Assembly (NCBI GenBank): GCA_046735395.1
Contig: JBJKQR010000018.1
Coordinates: 1-64,000, forward strand
Length of the DNA: 64,000 nucleotides
DNA from: Fidelibacterota bacterium
Lineage (GTDB): Bacteria; Fidelibacterota; Fidelibacteria; Fidelibacterales; DSDE01
Reading direction: 5' to 3'
The position numbers were made by a program, and so were the translations under genes. Below, one piece after another: positions 1 through 10,229 of the stretch. The notes below the pieces were generated by a model that saw nothing but the letters and a program-made list of their open reading frames with translations, was not told the origin of the DNA and ran no database searches. The number at the start of each line of letters is the position of its first letter. Position 1 is the stretch's first letter.

Positions 1-859
1 AGCGAATTCCCACTGCAGCGAAAATGACGACTCCCAGGAACCAGCCCAGGTTTGTAGCTCCATCCGCGATGCCGAGCTGGGTCTGGGTGAAATGGAGATT
101 TTCGATGAGATGATTTGTCCAGAGCGCACCCATGGCAGGCTGAAAATGAAAAATGAAATAAAAAACCATGATCCACAATACCGGTCCCGTATTCAGGCCT
201 TTCCAGAAATTCTTTACCGATACACTGAGTGGAATGACGGCATTGCGGTCACCGGGCAGAAAAAGGACGACCGCGAGAACGGACAAGGGCATGAGCGCGA
301 GCGTCACCATGAGCGTATTCATGGAGACATGATCGGCCACCCAGCCACCGCCTACGGCAGCCAGAATACCGGTTCCGTAAATGGCCGCCCAGCAGATGGC
401 CTGATTCAGGCCCACGGCGGTCGCCTTGCTGAGTCCCTTCGCCTCCGCTTCCTCCTCGCCGTCGATGATGGTGGCCCGGTCCACAGCCACGTCGGTGGCC
501 GCCAGAAGAACGGATAGGATGAACATGAAGGTGAAGAACATGAGAGGCCCGGCATCGAAAAAGGGTGTGAGCAGGTAAAAGAGGGACGCGGCGCTGAGCA
601 GTGCCAGGAGGATGACTCTCGTCTTGCCGTAGGCATCAATGAAAAAACCGATCAGGGGTTTGAAGCTCCAGGCCAGATAACTCTGGGAAAAATAATTCTG
701 CGTGGCGGCCTCGCTGAGGCCGAAATTCATCCGGAAATGTTTGAAAAATGGCTGGTAGGTGATGCCCTGAAAGGGGTTGGCCAGTCCCTGCAGAACATAT
801 TCCATGGCAAATACGAGCTTGATGGGTTTGATACCGCGCTGCTTCTTTTCCTCTTTCAT
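1..859 (-). CDS. MFS transporter, folate-biopterin (BT1/FBT)-like; runs off the window start (not in ORF track)
   Basis: Manual translation from ATG at 859 (AAGGAG RBS upstream): MKEEKKQRGIKPIKLVFAMEYVLQGL...YLAWSFKPLIGFFIDAYG...LAATDVAVDR; many hydrophobic helices; the WxxKPLxGxxxD and DVxVD motifs resemble the BT1 family. Confidence 0.7.
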   Translation of the reverse strand, partial: MKEEKKQRGIKPIKLVFAMEYVLQGLANPFQGITYQPFFKHFRMNFGLSEAATQNYFSQSYLAWSFKPLIGFFIDAYGKTRVILLALLSAASLFYLLTPFFDAGPLMFFTFMFILSVLLAATDVAVDRATIIDGEEEAEAKGLSKATAVGLNQAICWAAIYGTGILAAVGGGWVADHVSMNTLMVTLALMPLSVLAVVLFLPGDRNAVIPLSVSVKNFWKGLNTGPVLWIMVFYFIFHFQPAMGALWTNHLIENLHFTQTQLGIADGATNLGWFLGVVIFAAVGIR

Positions 860-1152
860 CCGTTCTCCTTTTTCGGATGGATAAGATAGCAATTGCCCCG
901 CGCCGTTGAAAGGCAAATCGGTCGGGCACCCGGTGAGCGAATTGTTGCGGCTGTCACACTGGGGTTTCTTTCAGAGAAAACAAATTGCCCCATTCGGAAT
1001 TCGTTTCTAATTTCATGTCATTATGCCGGCTGCATGTAGTGAGATAGGGGTGATGTGGGGACAGCAGTACAGAAATCCCGTCTAATAAGAACGGGGCCAT
1101 CATTCGACACGATATCAGAACAGACAAGAAGAATTCGAAAAGGAACACCGCA

Positions 1153-2931
1153 ATGAAAATACAGCCCCGTCTTGTGAAGGATTTGCTGATCGCATTATTC
1201 CTGATGACAATGGGCTTCGAGGCCGGTTTATCCCAGTCATTGGAAAAGGAAAACATCTCCGTTATACCCTTTTCGGGCTGGTCGGGCGGAAATTCACAGG
1301 TTTACAGCAATTCCCTTACCGATAAACTCAGTTCAAAAATTATTAACAGTAATCGTTTCAATGTCATTGACCGATCACATCTGGAACTGATTCTGGAAGA
1401 GCAGCGCCTGCAGCTGACGGGCCTGATTGATGAGAATACAGCTATGGAAATCGGCAAGCTTCTCGGGATCCATAAGCTGGTTTTGGGTTCCTTTACCCGG
1501 AATACCAGTGAATACCATCCGGCGGAATATAAGGACGGGAAAAAGACGAAAGATGCCTATTATTCAGCTGAGGTCGATGCGGTGATCAAGATGCTGGACA
1601 TGGAAACGTCCCTGTACCTCCAGTCTGCAGATGCTTCTGCCCCGGGCCGGGGTGCGACTATGGAAATCGCCTACCAGAATGCGATTGAGGCCATTGCAGA
1701 TAATATTTTAAACAAATTTGTGGAATATTTTAAAATCGATGCCTTCATTCTGGGCGTGAACAAATCTGTCATCAGCCTGGATCGCGGGAGCGAGCTGGGT
1801 ATAAAACCCGGGATGACATTTGGAATTTACGCTAAGACGAAAATGGAATATAAAGGCCAGCAGACCCTTACTGCGGATGATGCGCCCATCGGCTACCTGA
1901 AAATTACTTCAACTGAGCCCGGATCCTCGCTGGGAAAGCTGATCGGCGATTTTAAGGGGATACAGACCGGATTCCTTGTGAGAGAGTCGAAGGCCCAGGT
2001 CAAAGTGGAATCGAGAATTATTGAAAAGAAATTCAGCAAAATTATTATCAACGCGGGAACGGACGTGGGGATAAAAGTCGGATCCACGTTCGATGTCATA
2101 AAGAGGGGAAAGGATCTGATCGACCCGATTACACATGAAGTCTACGGAACCCGGACGAAAACGGTGGGACTGGTCTATATTTACGAAGCAGGCCCGGGCT
2201 TTTCCCGAGGAAAGATCATTGACGGGATTTATTCCGTCCGGAAGGATATGCTGCTGAAGGAAAGCGACAGAATCGCCGCAAAACCGGGCATTTCGTTCTC
2301 GTATGGTCTGGTCTCCACAACCTATGAAATGAACGGATATTCCGGACCTGTGAACGTGCATGACACATATACAGGCACCCACTATGTCGATGTGAATTAC
2401 AGTACCATTAAATTGCGGAGCACGCTGGCGATGAATTACCAGCTGGATGTATATGTGCGGAATTTATTCAGCAATTATTACTTCGGCCTGAATGCGGGAT
2501 ATCTCCGTCCGAATAAATACATCAATGCCGGTAATTTCGGCATATATCTTGCGCGGCACCTGAGTATCCTGCCGGAACTTCTTTACCTGACTCCCCGGCT
2601 GGGGGGCGGGATCGCCTTTGCGGGCCAGACCCTCCCCAATGATCTGGTGAAAGAGATCAGTGATAACCAATCCACATCCCTCCGATCTCTGGGCTTTGAT
2701 TCCTATGCGGGGCTGTCGGCCCAGATCAAGCTCGGGTCGGTTTTTATTTATTCTGAAGTCAGATACAGCTCACTGGCCTTCAATTCCTGGACCTACGATG
2801 TAAAAACCGGGGAAAAGGATAATAATGGAAATGATTTAACTGAAAGCATCGACGCTCCGAATGAAATAGTTCTGATTCATAATATTGCATTTCCAATGAA
2901 TGTAAGAGTCGGAATCAGCTGCGAATTTTAA
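1153..2931 (+). CDS. Exported protein: CsgG/FlgT-like domain, two repeated beta domains and a probable C-terminal beta-barrel
   Basis: Signal peptide; RFNVIDRSHLELILEEQ...EIGKLLG CsgG-like motif; two G(S/T)xxGIKxGxTFxV/I repeats; alternating aromatic strands ending in a terminal Phe. Confidence 0.65.
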   Translation: MKIQPRLVKDLLIALFLMTMGFEAGLSQSLEKENISVIPFSGWSGGNSQVYSNSLTDKLSSKIINSNRFNVIDRSHLELILEEQRLQLTGLIDENTAMEIGKLLGIHKLVLGSFTRNTSEYHPAEYKDGKKTKDAYYSAEVDAVIKMLDMETSLYLQSADASAPGRGATMEIAYQNAIEAIADNILNKFVEYFKIDAFILGVNKSVISLDRGSELGIKPGMTFGIYAKTKMEYKGQQTLTADDAPIGYLKITSTEPGSSLGKLIGDFKGIQTGFLVRESKAQVKVESRIIEKKFSKIIINAGTDVGIKVGSTFDVIKRGKDLIDPITHEVYGTRTKTVGLVYIYEAGPGFSRGKIIDGIYSVRKDMLLKESDRIAAKPGISFSYGLVSTTYEMNGYSGPVNVHDTYTGTHYVDVNYSTIKLRSTLAMNYQLDVYVRNLFSNYYFGLNAGYLRPNKYINAGNFGIYLARHLSILPELLYLTPRLGGGIAFAGQTLPNDLVKEISDNQSTSLRSLGFDSYAGLSAQIKLGSVFIYSEVRYSSLAFNSWTYDVKTGEKDNNGNDLTESIDAPNEIVLIHNIAFPMNVRVGISCEF

Positions 2932-3366
2932 TATCGGCTGTCTGCCCGTTCGCGGGTTTGTCTGAATTTCCCCGTATTTTCGAATATTTGTTTATCCCGT
3001 TGAACTGACGACTATCGTGCGCGTCAGGATTGGTAAATTCTTTACACTTGTCCGGGAATACTCTTCCGTAAGCCATCGCGCGGATGAGGCCGTCCTGATG
3101 TCCTGGGAATTTATAAACAGCTATATATTTCATATATTGGTATAATTAATAATTATCTGTTATCATAACCATTCATAAATGTATAATAAATTATTATAAA
3201 CATGCCATAATAACCAATTAAGGACTATTTTAAATATTTTGACAGATCTGATTGGAATCGCCGGAGAGAAAAACGAATCCGGCGGGTCAGGCCCGGCGGT
3301 CATGGTTGAATAAAAATGAATTAATGAATTGTATTAATTGGGGAATGATTTGCGGGAAAAGGAATT

Positions 3367-4146
3367 TCAGCCGGCAGAATGATCCGGTGTGGGCTGGAGC
3401 ATACCGAATCCGAAGCCGGTAAAACTGCCCAGGCCGGCCTCCAGAGCAAATTTCAGGATATGGGGCGAACCTTCCAGAATGACCGGCGCCTGGATGCCCT
3501 TGATTTTTATGGGAGTGGGATAACCCGGGATGTCCACGGTGATCAGTTTGGTGATCTTGCCCTGCCGCCGAAGCACATAGGCCGGATCAAAATAGATACT
3601 GAGTGCTTCTGATTCGAGAGCATCATCCGGATAATAATTATGGTAGCGCTCGCTCATGGTTCTGCCGAGAAACGCGGGAAGGTCATATTCGTGCGGGAGA
3701 GCGAACTGCAGGTGCGTGTCCGGCTGGGGACGCTGTACCACAAAGGGCGACAAGCAGGTGGCCCGCAGTGTCGTGGTTTGCATCTCGATATCTTCAACCT
3801 CGGCCTTGAGAATTTTCATCTTTTCACCGGCGAGCCTCAGAACTCCGGTTTCCATGAAGCCGTGCATCATGCAGCGGATGAGCCGGGTATCAGGCGATGA
3901 AATATAGAGAGTCAGCGGTGATTTCCGGGCCTTGATGCGATTATTGAAGATTCGGCGGCTGGGGATATGCAGCTGGGAAAAAGTGAATTCATGGTCCGGC
4001 TGGTCATTCAGCACCTGTTCCGGGTGGCTGCAGAAGCGGGGCTTTTCGTCAATGACAGCCTGAATGACGGCGCGGATGGCCGAATTGAGATTGATGGGAA
4101 GGTCAATTTCATCATATACGGGGAGCAATGTGACGGTCAGTTTCAT
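3367..4146 (-). CDS. cas6: Stand-alone Cas6-family RAMP protein (degenerate)
   Basis: LPIN, FTFS, LYISSP and LSP motifs plus C-terminal G-loop AGLGSFTGFGFGM; start placed at MKLTVTL (4146). Confidence 0.85.
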   Translation of the reverse strand: MKLTVTLLPVYDEIDLPINLNSAIRAVIQAVIDEKPRFCSHPEQVLNDQPDHEFTFSQLHIPSRRIFNNRIKARKSPLTLYISSPDTRLIRCMMHGFMETGVLRLAGEKMKILKAEVEDIEMQTTTLRATCLSPFVVQRPQPDTHLQFALPHEYDLPAFLGRTMSERYHNYYPDDALESEALSIYFDPAYVLRRQGKITKLITVDIPGYPTPIKIKGIQAPVILEGSPHILKFALEAGLGSFTGFGFGMLQPTPDHSAG

Positions 4147-4309
4147 TTGAAGGGTAATATATTTCACTGCGATCGGGAATGCAAGCGTCATAATGAGATG
4201 GAATCAGTCGTCATCTTCGTGCGATGGAAAAATGTTTTTTTCCTGTCGATAAAAGCCTATACTTGACACAGAATAGAATTAATGAATTGCTGAAACGGAC
4301 AGGAGCAGA

Positions 4310-7300
4310 ATGGGCTTCCGGGACAGATTGGCAGTGAACGCATGGTTCGGACATCGTCTGAGTATCAGCAAACGGGTGGTACTCTGGGTGTTTTTTGTCA
4401 TTTTCATGTTCGGACTCATTCCGTCGCTGGTCTATGTTCAGCACGCCCGCCGAAGCTACCTGCATGAAATTCAGACAGAAATAGATGAATATAACCAGCG
4501 CAATGCCCGGGAGATGGATCGAAGTTTTGAAGAGCTGGAACAGTTCGGAGAGAGTCTTGCAAACAGCCTTATGGCCATGTACGAAGAAGTGCAGAGCAGC
4601 GATATGGATGATAAGGATCTGGTTCACAGCGATGGCGCCTGGCGCAGCACGGATCAGTTTTCTGCAGCCTTTCTGTCATCCCGGAGCCGTCTGACACCGG
4701 CGATTCGACACGATTTCAAACTGACGGAAATTTTATGGAAGCTCATAGGCCCGGCAGCGCAGGAGCACTTTTTTAATGTCTACATGATTACGACGGACAA
4801 TTTCATCCGCATCTATCCTCCGGAATGGGCTCTCAGAGTGGAGGCAGATCATGATTTTTCAGATGATATATTCTATTACCCGGCCACACCCGAAAACAAT
4901 TCCGGAAAAAAGCCGGTCTGGACGCCTGTATACTATGATACGCTCTGGGAACGGCAGATGTCCAGCCTGCTTCTGCCGCTCTACCGTTCCGACGGAAGCT
5001 TCAAGGGTGTGCTGGGTTTTGATTTCATCATGAAGAACCTGTATGATTTCACAGATCTGATCAACAGCAACTCATCGCTGTATCATACCATTCTGATGGA
5101 CAGGCGTTTTACACCGCTGATTCCGGGAATGAAGGAGGAAACTCTTCCTGAAGACGTAATGGCTGACCTGCAGCGGCAGGATGTTGACTTATCGGATAAT
5201 AAGACGATCTTCAGCGGTAATTTCATCTGTAATGCGCGGGCGGTGGGGCCCTTTCACTGGCATTTCTTCACCTATACACGCTATGAGGATCGGTTCCGCG
5301 AATTCAACCGCAACCTGTTCATGGTCTTTATCCTTCTGATTCTGTCATCAGCCGTTCTGGCAATCATTCTGAGAAACCGGCTCTACCACATCGTCCTGAA
5401 CCGGGTGCTGCGCCTGAGGGATGCGGTCATGCAGGTTGAGGCCGGACATCCGGATGTGTATATTCCGGTGCAGTATGACGATGAAATAGGAGTTCTGGAG
5501 AGAGGTGTCGGGTCCATGGCATCCAGTATCCGGAGGCAGCTGAATCAGCTGAATGTGGAAATCGGTAATGTGCGGGAAGCCAATCAGAGCCTGGCCCGGA
5601 ATCAGGAACTGCTGGATACGATAGCCAGTAAATTTCCCAATGCCTACCTGCTGCTGCTCGATATGAATTATGTGATACTGTACGCCGGAGGCCAGGAATT
5701 CGATATCCGGGAACATCCGGCACTCTATTACCGGAACCGGGCTTTTTCCGAACTGTTCGGCCGTTTTTCCAATTTTTTCTTTGCTGAACTGGAAAAGACT
5801 CTCAAAGGAAAGAGCCGGGAATTCAGTCTGGAAATGGATGAAAAACATTATCGGGTGAGGACGGTTCCCATTCAGAATGAGGCCGGCGACACGGATACCA
5901 TGCTGGTGGTGGTGGAGAATATTACGTTTCAGAAAATGTTTGAAAATCAGCTGACCACTCAGCAGTATTATCTGGCCATTGCCCAGAAAATCGGCCGCAT
6001 GGGAACCTGGGAATATGTGCCGGAGACGCGGGAGCTGATCTGGACGGATGAAGTATATGCCATATATGAGATGAAACCCGGCGTGAATCCGGATCCGGCG
6101 GATCTGCTGAAAATGGTTCACCCCAACGATCAGGATAAGGTGGACCGGTTCCGCAGCCGGTCGCTGCAGAACGGACGGCCCTATGATATTGATTTTCGTA
6201 TCCTCTGCGGCCGGAAATACAAATGGATCCGCGAGATCGCGCAGGGAAATGAGGACCGTCAGGGACGGCGGACTCTCATCGGGGTGATTCAGGACATCAG
6301 TCCGATCCGGGAACGGGATGAGGAGCTGGGCCGTATTCATGAACTGTACCGGACGGCGATCCGGAATGTCCGCGGTGTTGTATATATCCGTAATTACCGC
6401 GAAGATCGTTATGAACTCATTGATGAGGCAATCTACGATATTCTGGAAACGGAAAGAGGGCCGGGCCGCAGTGATGAGATTACGCCCTCTTACCTGAAAT
6501 CCTATATCAGGGAGAAACTTGTCACGGATCCGGATTATGCAGGTATGACGGATCCGGACCGCTATACGGAGGATTTTAAAAATGGCCGCCGATCCCGCTA
6601 TTTTGCGGAACTGGAAGTGGAATTGCCCGGATCCCGGAAAAAATGGCTGTCCGACAGTGCCATCCCTCTCGAAATTCAGGATGGCCGGGTGATCAAGACG
6701 CTGGGTATCATTCAGGATATTACAGAACAGAAACAGCTGCAGATCATGTTTTATCAGACACAGAAAATGGACAGTATCGGCCAGCTGGCAGGGGGTATCG
6801 CCCATGATTTCAATAATATTCTTACTGCACAGAACGGATTTACGGCATTGCTGTCTCTGCATCTGAAGGGAGACAAGGAACGGCGCGTCCTGAGCCAGAT
6901 CGAGTCGGGAAACGAACGGGCTGCAAATTTAGTCCGGCAGCTGCTGGCCTTTTCACGTAAACAATTGTACAAGCCTCAGCGTCTGGATATGAATGAAGGA
7001 CTGACAAACCTCACCCGGATGCTGCGCCGGATGATTCCGGAAAATATTGAAATCAGCTATGAACTGGAGGAAAAACTGCCCTGTATCCAGGCGGATCCGT
7101 CACAGCTCGAACAACTGGTCATCAACCTCGTGGTGAATGCAAGGGATGCGGTGCGGGATGTTGCCCGGGAGAGAAAAATCATTCTGGTGCGGACGGTTTC
7201 GCTGGATATTGAGACCGAGAAGCCCATTTTTCATGACAGGATTCCTCCCGGAAGCTATGTGGTTCTGTCGGTGGAGGACCAGGGAATCGGGATAAATGAA

Positions 7301-7924
7301 GCAGATTTCGCAAATATTTTCGAACCGTTTTTCACGACGAAGGCAGAAGGTCAGGGGACCGGTCTGGGCCTGGCGACGGTGTTCGGCATCATCAAGCAGA
7401 ACAGGGCCTGTATTGATGTGCAGAGCCGGGAAGGCCGGGGCAGCTGCTTTACCGTGTACTGGCCTCAGGATGAGAGTGGTCTGGTCATTGAGGAGGCGGC
7501 CGATTCCATTGACCGGCCTGTGGAAGGGGGAACGGAGTCACTGCTTTTTGTTGAGGATGATGAGCTGGCCAGGGTGGCGTACACGAAGAGCCTGGAGTCA
7601 CTGGGCTACAGCGTGACCGCCACGGAAAACGGAGAAGAAACGCTGCAGATCTATGAAACGGATCCCAATGCCTATGATCTGGTGATCAGCGACCTGATCA
7701 TGCCCAGATTGAGCGGTGTGGAGATGGCTGTGAAAATGCTGGCCCTGCGGCCGAATCAGAAGATCCTCTTCTGCAGCGGTTACAGCGCAAATATTGATAC
7801 GGAAAATTTTCCGCAGATCGCTCATATTCCCTTCCTTCAGAAACCATTCACGGTGGAAGAGCTGAACGATGAGATCCGCCGGCTTCTGGAGTATGAGCCG
7901 CTAAATCCGCCGAATCAGGAATAA
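4310..7924 (+). CDS. Hybrid sensor histidine kinase (Cache-like, HAMP, PAS, HisKA, HATPase, REC)
   Basis: Two TM helices; WTPVYYD; DEIGVL HAMP; AGGIAHDFNN H-box; FFTTK..GTGLGL; C-terminal receiver. Confidence 0.92.
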   Translation: MGFRDRLAVNAWFGHRLSISKRVVLWVFFVIFMFGLIPSLVYVQHARRSYLHEIQTEIDEYNQRNAREMDRSFEELEQFGESLANSLMAMYEEVQSSDMDDKDLVHSDGAWRSTDQFSAAFLSSRSRLTPAIRHDFKLTEILWKLIGPAAQEHFFNVYMITTDNFIRIYPPEWALRVEADHDFSDDIFYYPATPENNSGKKPVWTPVYYDTLWERQMSSLLLPLYRSDGSFKGVLGFDFIMKNLYDFTDLINSNSSLYHTILMDRRFTPLIPGMKEETLPEDVMADLQRQDVDLSDNKTIFSGNFICNARAVGPFHWHFFTYTRYEDRFREFNRNLFMVFILLILSSAVLAIILRNRLYHIVLNRVLRLRDAVMQVEAGHPDVYIPVQYDDEIGVLERGVGSMASSIRRQLNQLNVEIGNVREANQSLARNQELLDTIASKFPNAYLLLLDMNYVILYAGGQEFDIREHPALYYRNRAFSELFGRFSNFFFAELEKTLKGKSREFSLEMDEKHYRVRTVPIQNEAGDTDTMLVVVENITFQKMFENQLTTQQYYLAIAQKIGRMGTWEYVPETRELIWTDEVYAIYEMKPGVNPDPADLLKMVHPNDQDKVDRFRSRSLQNGRPYDIDFRILCGRKYKWIREIAQGNEDRQGRRTLIGVIQDISPIRERDEELGRIHELYRTAIRNVRGVVYIRNYREDRYELIDEAIYDILETERGPGRSDEITPSYLKSYIREKLVTDPDYAGMTDPDRYTEDFKNGRRSRYFAELEVELPGSRKKWLSDSAIPLEIQDGRVIKTLGIIQDITEQKQLQIMFYQTQKMDSIGQLAGGIAHDFNNILTAQNGFTALLSLHLKGDKERRVLSQIESGNERAANLVRQLLAFSRKQLYKPQRLDMNEGLTNLTRMLRRMIPENIEISYELEEKLPCIQADPSQLEQLVINLVVNARDAVRDVARERKIILVRTVSLDIETEKPIFHDRIPPGSYVVLSVEDQGIGINEADFANIFEPFFTTKAEGQGTGLGLATVFGIIKQNRACIDVQSREGRGSCFTVYWPQDESGLVIEEAADSIDRPVEGGTESLLFVEDDELARVAYTKSLESLGYSVTATENGEETLQIYETDPNAYDLVISDLIMPRLSGVEMAVKMLALRPNQKILFCSGYSANIDTENFPQIAHIPFLQKPFTVEELNDEIRRLLEYEPLNPPNQE

Positions 7925-9054
7925 ATTTCAAATACGATAAATTTTACAGGAATTCGGGCATTCATGAGCCGGACCTGTTTCAGCGGCCGGAAGCCCAGGT
8001 GACGGATGGGGGTCGTATCGGGAACAAGGAGTCCGATGCGCCAGCCCTGGAAATTAAATTTCAAATGGTGTCCTACTGCATTGAAGAATTTTTCATCAAT
8101 GGGTTTTTCATCAAGCCGTGAGCCGTAAGGAAGATTGCTGACCAGCAGGCCTTTTTCGGCCGGTTTTTGGGTCTGGAAGAAATCCTGTGTTGATACAGTG
8201 ATGGCATCCGAAAATCCGGCGGCTTCCGCGGTTCGTTTTGTTAATTCACTGAATTCGGCGCTGATGTCCGACGCCAATATGGCGTGGGGCGGGTTTTGCT
8301 GCATGGCCGTGACGCGTTTGCGGACGGCTGTCCAGAGCTTCGGGTCGAATGTTTTCAGCAGGGGCAGGCCGAAACGGTCATCGGCCCGGTCCAGTAGCGG
8401 GGCTTTCCGGGCGGCGATGCGGGCCGCTTCCACTGCGATGGTTCCGCTTCCGCAGAAGGGATCGTAAAAAGCCTGGTCGCCGCTATATTCGCAGATGCGC
8501 AGCAGTGTATCGGCCAGATTTTCCTTCAGCGGAGCCGGGTGTCCCTCGAGCCGGTATCCGCGCCGGTGGAGGCTTTCGCCGCTGGTATCCAGGCTGAGCA
8601 TGAGACGCCGGCCATTCAGAAAACCGTGCAGGCCGATCAGGGCATTGGCTGAACTCTGTTCCGGCGTCGTCTGCATATAATGCATAAAGGTATCGTTGAC
8701 GGCTTCGCGTATCTTGCTTCCGACCAGATGGGAGGGAATTTTTTCAATGCCGCCATGGCTGCAGGAAATGCCGATGCGGACGTCCGGGCCAAAGTATTCA
8801 TGCCAGCGGATGCGGCGGGTCTTGTCAAAAATGATCTCCGGGCTCTGAGCTGGCACATCCTTGATAATCATGGACATGCGGTTTGCAAGGCTCAGTCTGA
8901 AATGAAGTTCGTAATAGAGCTCGGAGGACGCTTCGAAATAGACGACCCGAAAGTCTTCCCGGACATTTTTCGCCCCCAGGCTTCTGAGCTCCTCTGCGAG
9001 GTAGGGCGTCACGTTGTCGGGGCAGGTTGCATAGGCTTGTATCACTGTTTCCAT
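7915..9054 (-). CDS. THUMP-domain RNA methyltransferase (RlmL-like, m2G)
   Basis: LSLDTSGESLHRRGYR, APLKENLA, DPFCGSGT and NLPYG motifs; start trimmed to METVIQ. Confidence 0.88.
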   Translation of the reverse strand: METVIQAYATCPDNVTPYLAEELRSLGAKNVREDFRVVYFEASSELYYELHFRLSLANRMSMIIKDVPAQSPEIIFDKTRRIRWHEYFGPDVRIGISCSHGGIEKIPSHLVGSKIREAVNDTFMHYMQTTPEQSSANALIGLHGFLNGRRLMLSLDTSGESLHRRGYRLEGHPAPLKENLADTLLRICEYSGDQAFYDPFCGSGTIAVEAARIAARKAPLLDRADDRFGLPLLKTFDPKLWTAVRKRVTAMQQNPPHAILASDISAEFSELTKRTAEAAGFSDAITVSTQDFFQTQKPAEKGLLVSNLPYGSRLDEKPIDEKFFNAVGHHLKFNFQGWRIGLLVPDTTPIRHLGFRPLKQVRLMNARIPVKFIVFEIYS

Positions 9055-9344
9055 CTGAGCGGAATTTATCCCGGAATGGGCAGAAATCAAAAGCAAAACA
9101 GGGGAAATTCCGTTGGAATTAGTGAGCAGAGTCCCCGTCGAGCCCACGTGGCTGTGCTGAAAAACATGCCGGAACAAAACGGATACGACGGAATTCAAGG
9201 GCTGTGTCCGGAAGAGTTCGGGCTGGTGGATGAGGACATAAATGCTTGTCATGACTGGAAATATGGAGACCGATGTCATTCCCATTCTTTACTTGAATAA
9301 GCGAATGAAAAGGTGTAATTTTGCGACCTGAATTCGAAAGAGAT

Positions 9345-10181
9345 ATGGCAAAATTTGCGAATTTGACAGCCCGGGCCAGCGTAACCATCATTGCGATCCC
9401 GCTCGCAGTCTGGATTCTGCTGAAGGGCGGAAGTGTTCTGTTAGCCTTTATCGCCATTCTCTCCATCATGGCCAATGATGAATTTCTGAAGCTTCAGGGA
9501 TATCCGGGAGGCGCTCAGCGCATCTTCATGCACGCTCTGCAGATCGGCTTGGTCTGCGCGGCCTACACCTATCGCTTTGACGTCGCCGTGATCCTCCTGC
9601 TCATCGCGTTCTTCTGGAGTTCAAATAACCTGCTGCTGAGAAAGAAGCCCTCCTTTTCCGTTACGCATAATCTGAGCCTTGCGGCCCTGATCTATCCGGG
9701 GCTGACCCTGGCTTCGGTTCTGCTGCTGAGAGAGCTGCCCCTCCACATCGATTTACCGTATCAGGCCGGATTCACCATCATCATGTTTCTGCTGGCGGCC
9801 ATCTGGATCTGCGACAGCCTGGCCTATTTCTTCGGTTCAGCCTACGGAGATACGAAAATTTTTCCCAGTGTCTCGCCGAACAAGAGCTGGGAAGGCAGCA
9901 TTGCAGGATTTCTGGGCGCCCTGGCGCTGTTTCTGGCTGCATCCCATCTGGATCTGATTCCGGGGCTGGATTTCGCGGATAATATGGTTCTGGCCGTGAT
10001 CGCCGGTGTCTTCGGACAGGTAGGTGATCTGGTGGAATCGAAGTACAAGCGGGAACTGGGCATCAAGGATTCAGGAAATATATTGCCCGGCCACGGAGGC
10101 ATCTGGGACCGGCTGGACAGTATAGCCATGGCTGTGCCCATGGCCTGGGTATATCTCTACCTGAGATATGCCATCTTCTGA
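9345..10181 (+). CDS. cdsA: Phosphatidate cytidylyltransferase
   Basis: DSLAYFFG, SPNKSWEG, GDLVES..KR..GIKDSG.ILPGHGG.WDRLDS. Confidence 0.95.
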   Translation: MAKFANLTARASVTIIAIPLAVWILLKGGSVLLAFIAILSIMANDEFLKLQGYPGGAQRIFMHALQIGLVCAAYTYRFDVAVILLLIAFFWSSNNLLLRKKPSFSVTHNLSLAALIYPGLTLASVLLLRELPLHIDLPYQAGFTIIMFLLAAIWICDSLAYFFGSAYGDTKIFPSVSPNKSWEGSIAGFLGALALFLAASHLDLIPGLDFADNMVLAVIAGVFGQVGDLVESKYKRELGIKDSGNILPGHGGIWDRLDSIAMAVPMAWVYLYLRYAIF

Positions 10182-10229
10182 CGGATGCTTATCCATAATT
10201 GAAAGTTTGACCGAATAAAAGAGGACAGT

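Noticed and set aside
2932..3366. CRISPR array next to cas6
   Set aside because: No repeated 25-40-bp unit with regular spacers here or elsewhere in the window.
5348..6862. Long antisense ORFs (also 38228-39574, 44025-45533, 58539-60116 and others)
   Set aside because: Shadows of well-supported genes on the opposite strand, with no recognisable motifs.
9055..9285. 77-aa N-terminal extension of the THUMP methyltransferase
   Set aside because: The family-like sequence begins at METVIQAYATC; the extension is probably the divergent promoter region.
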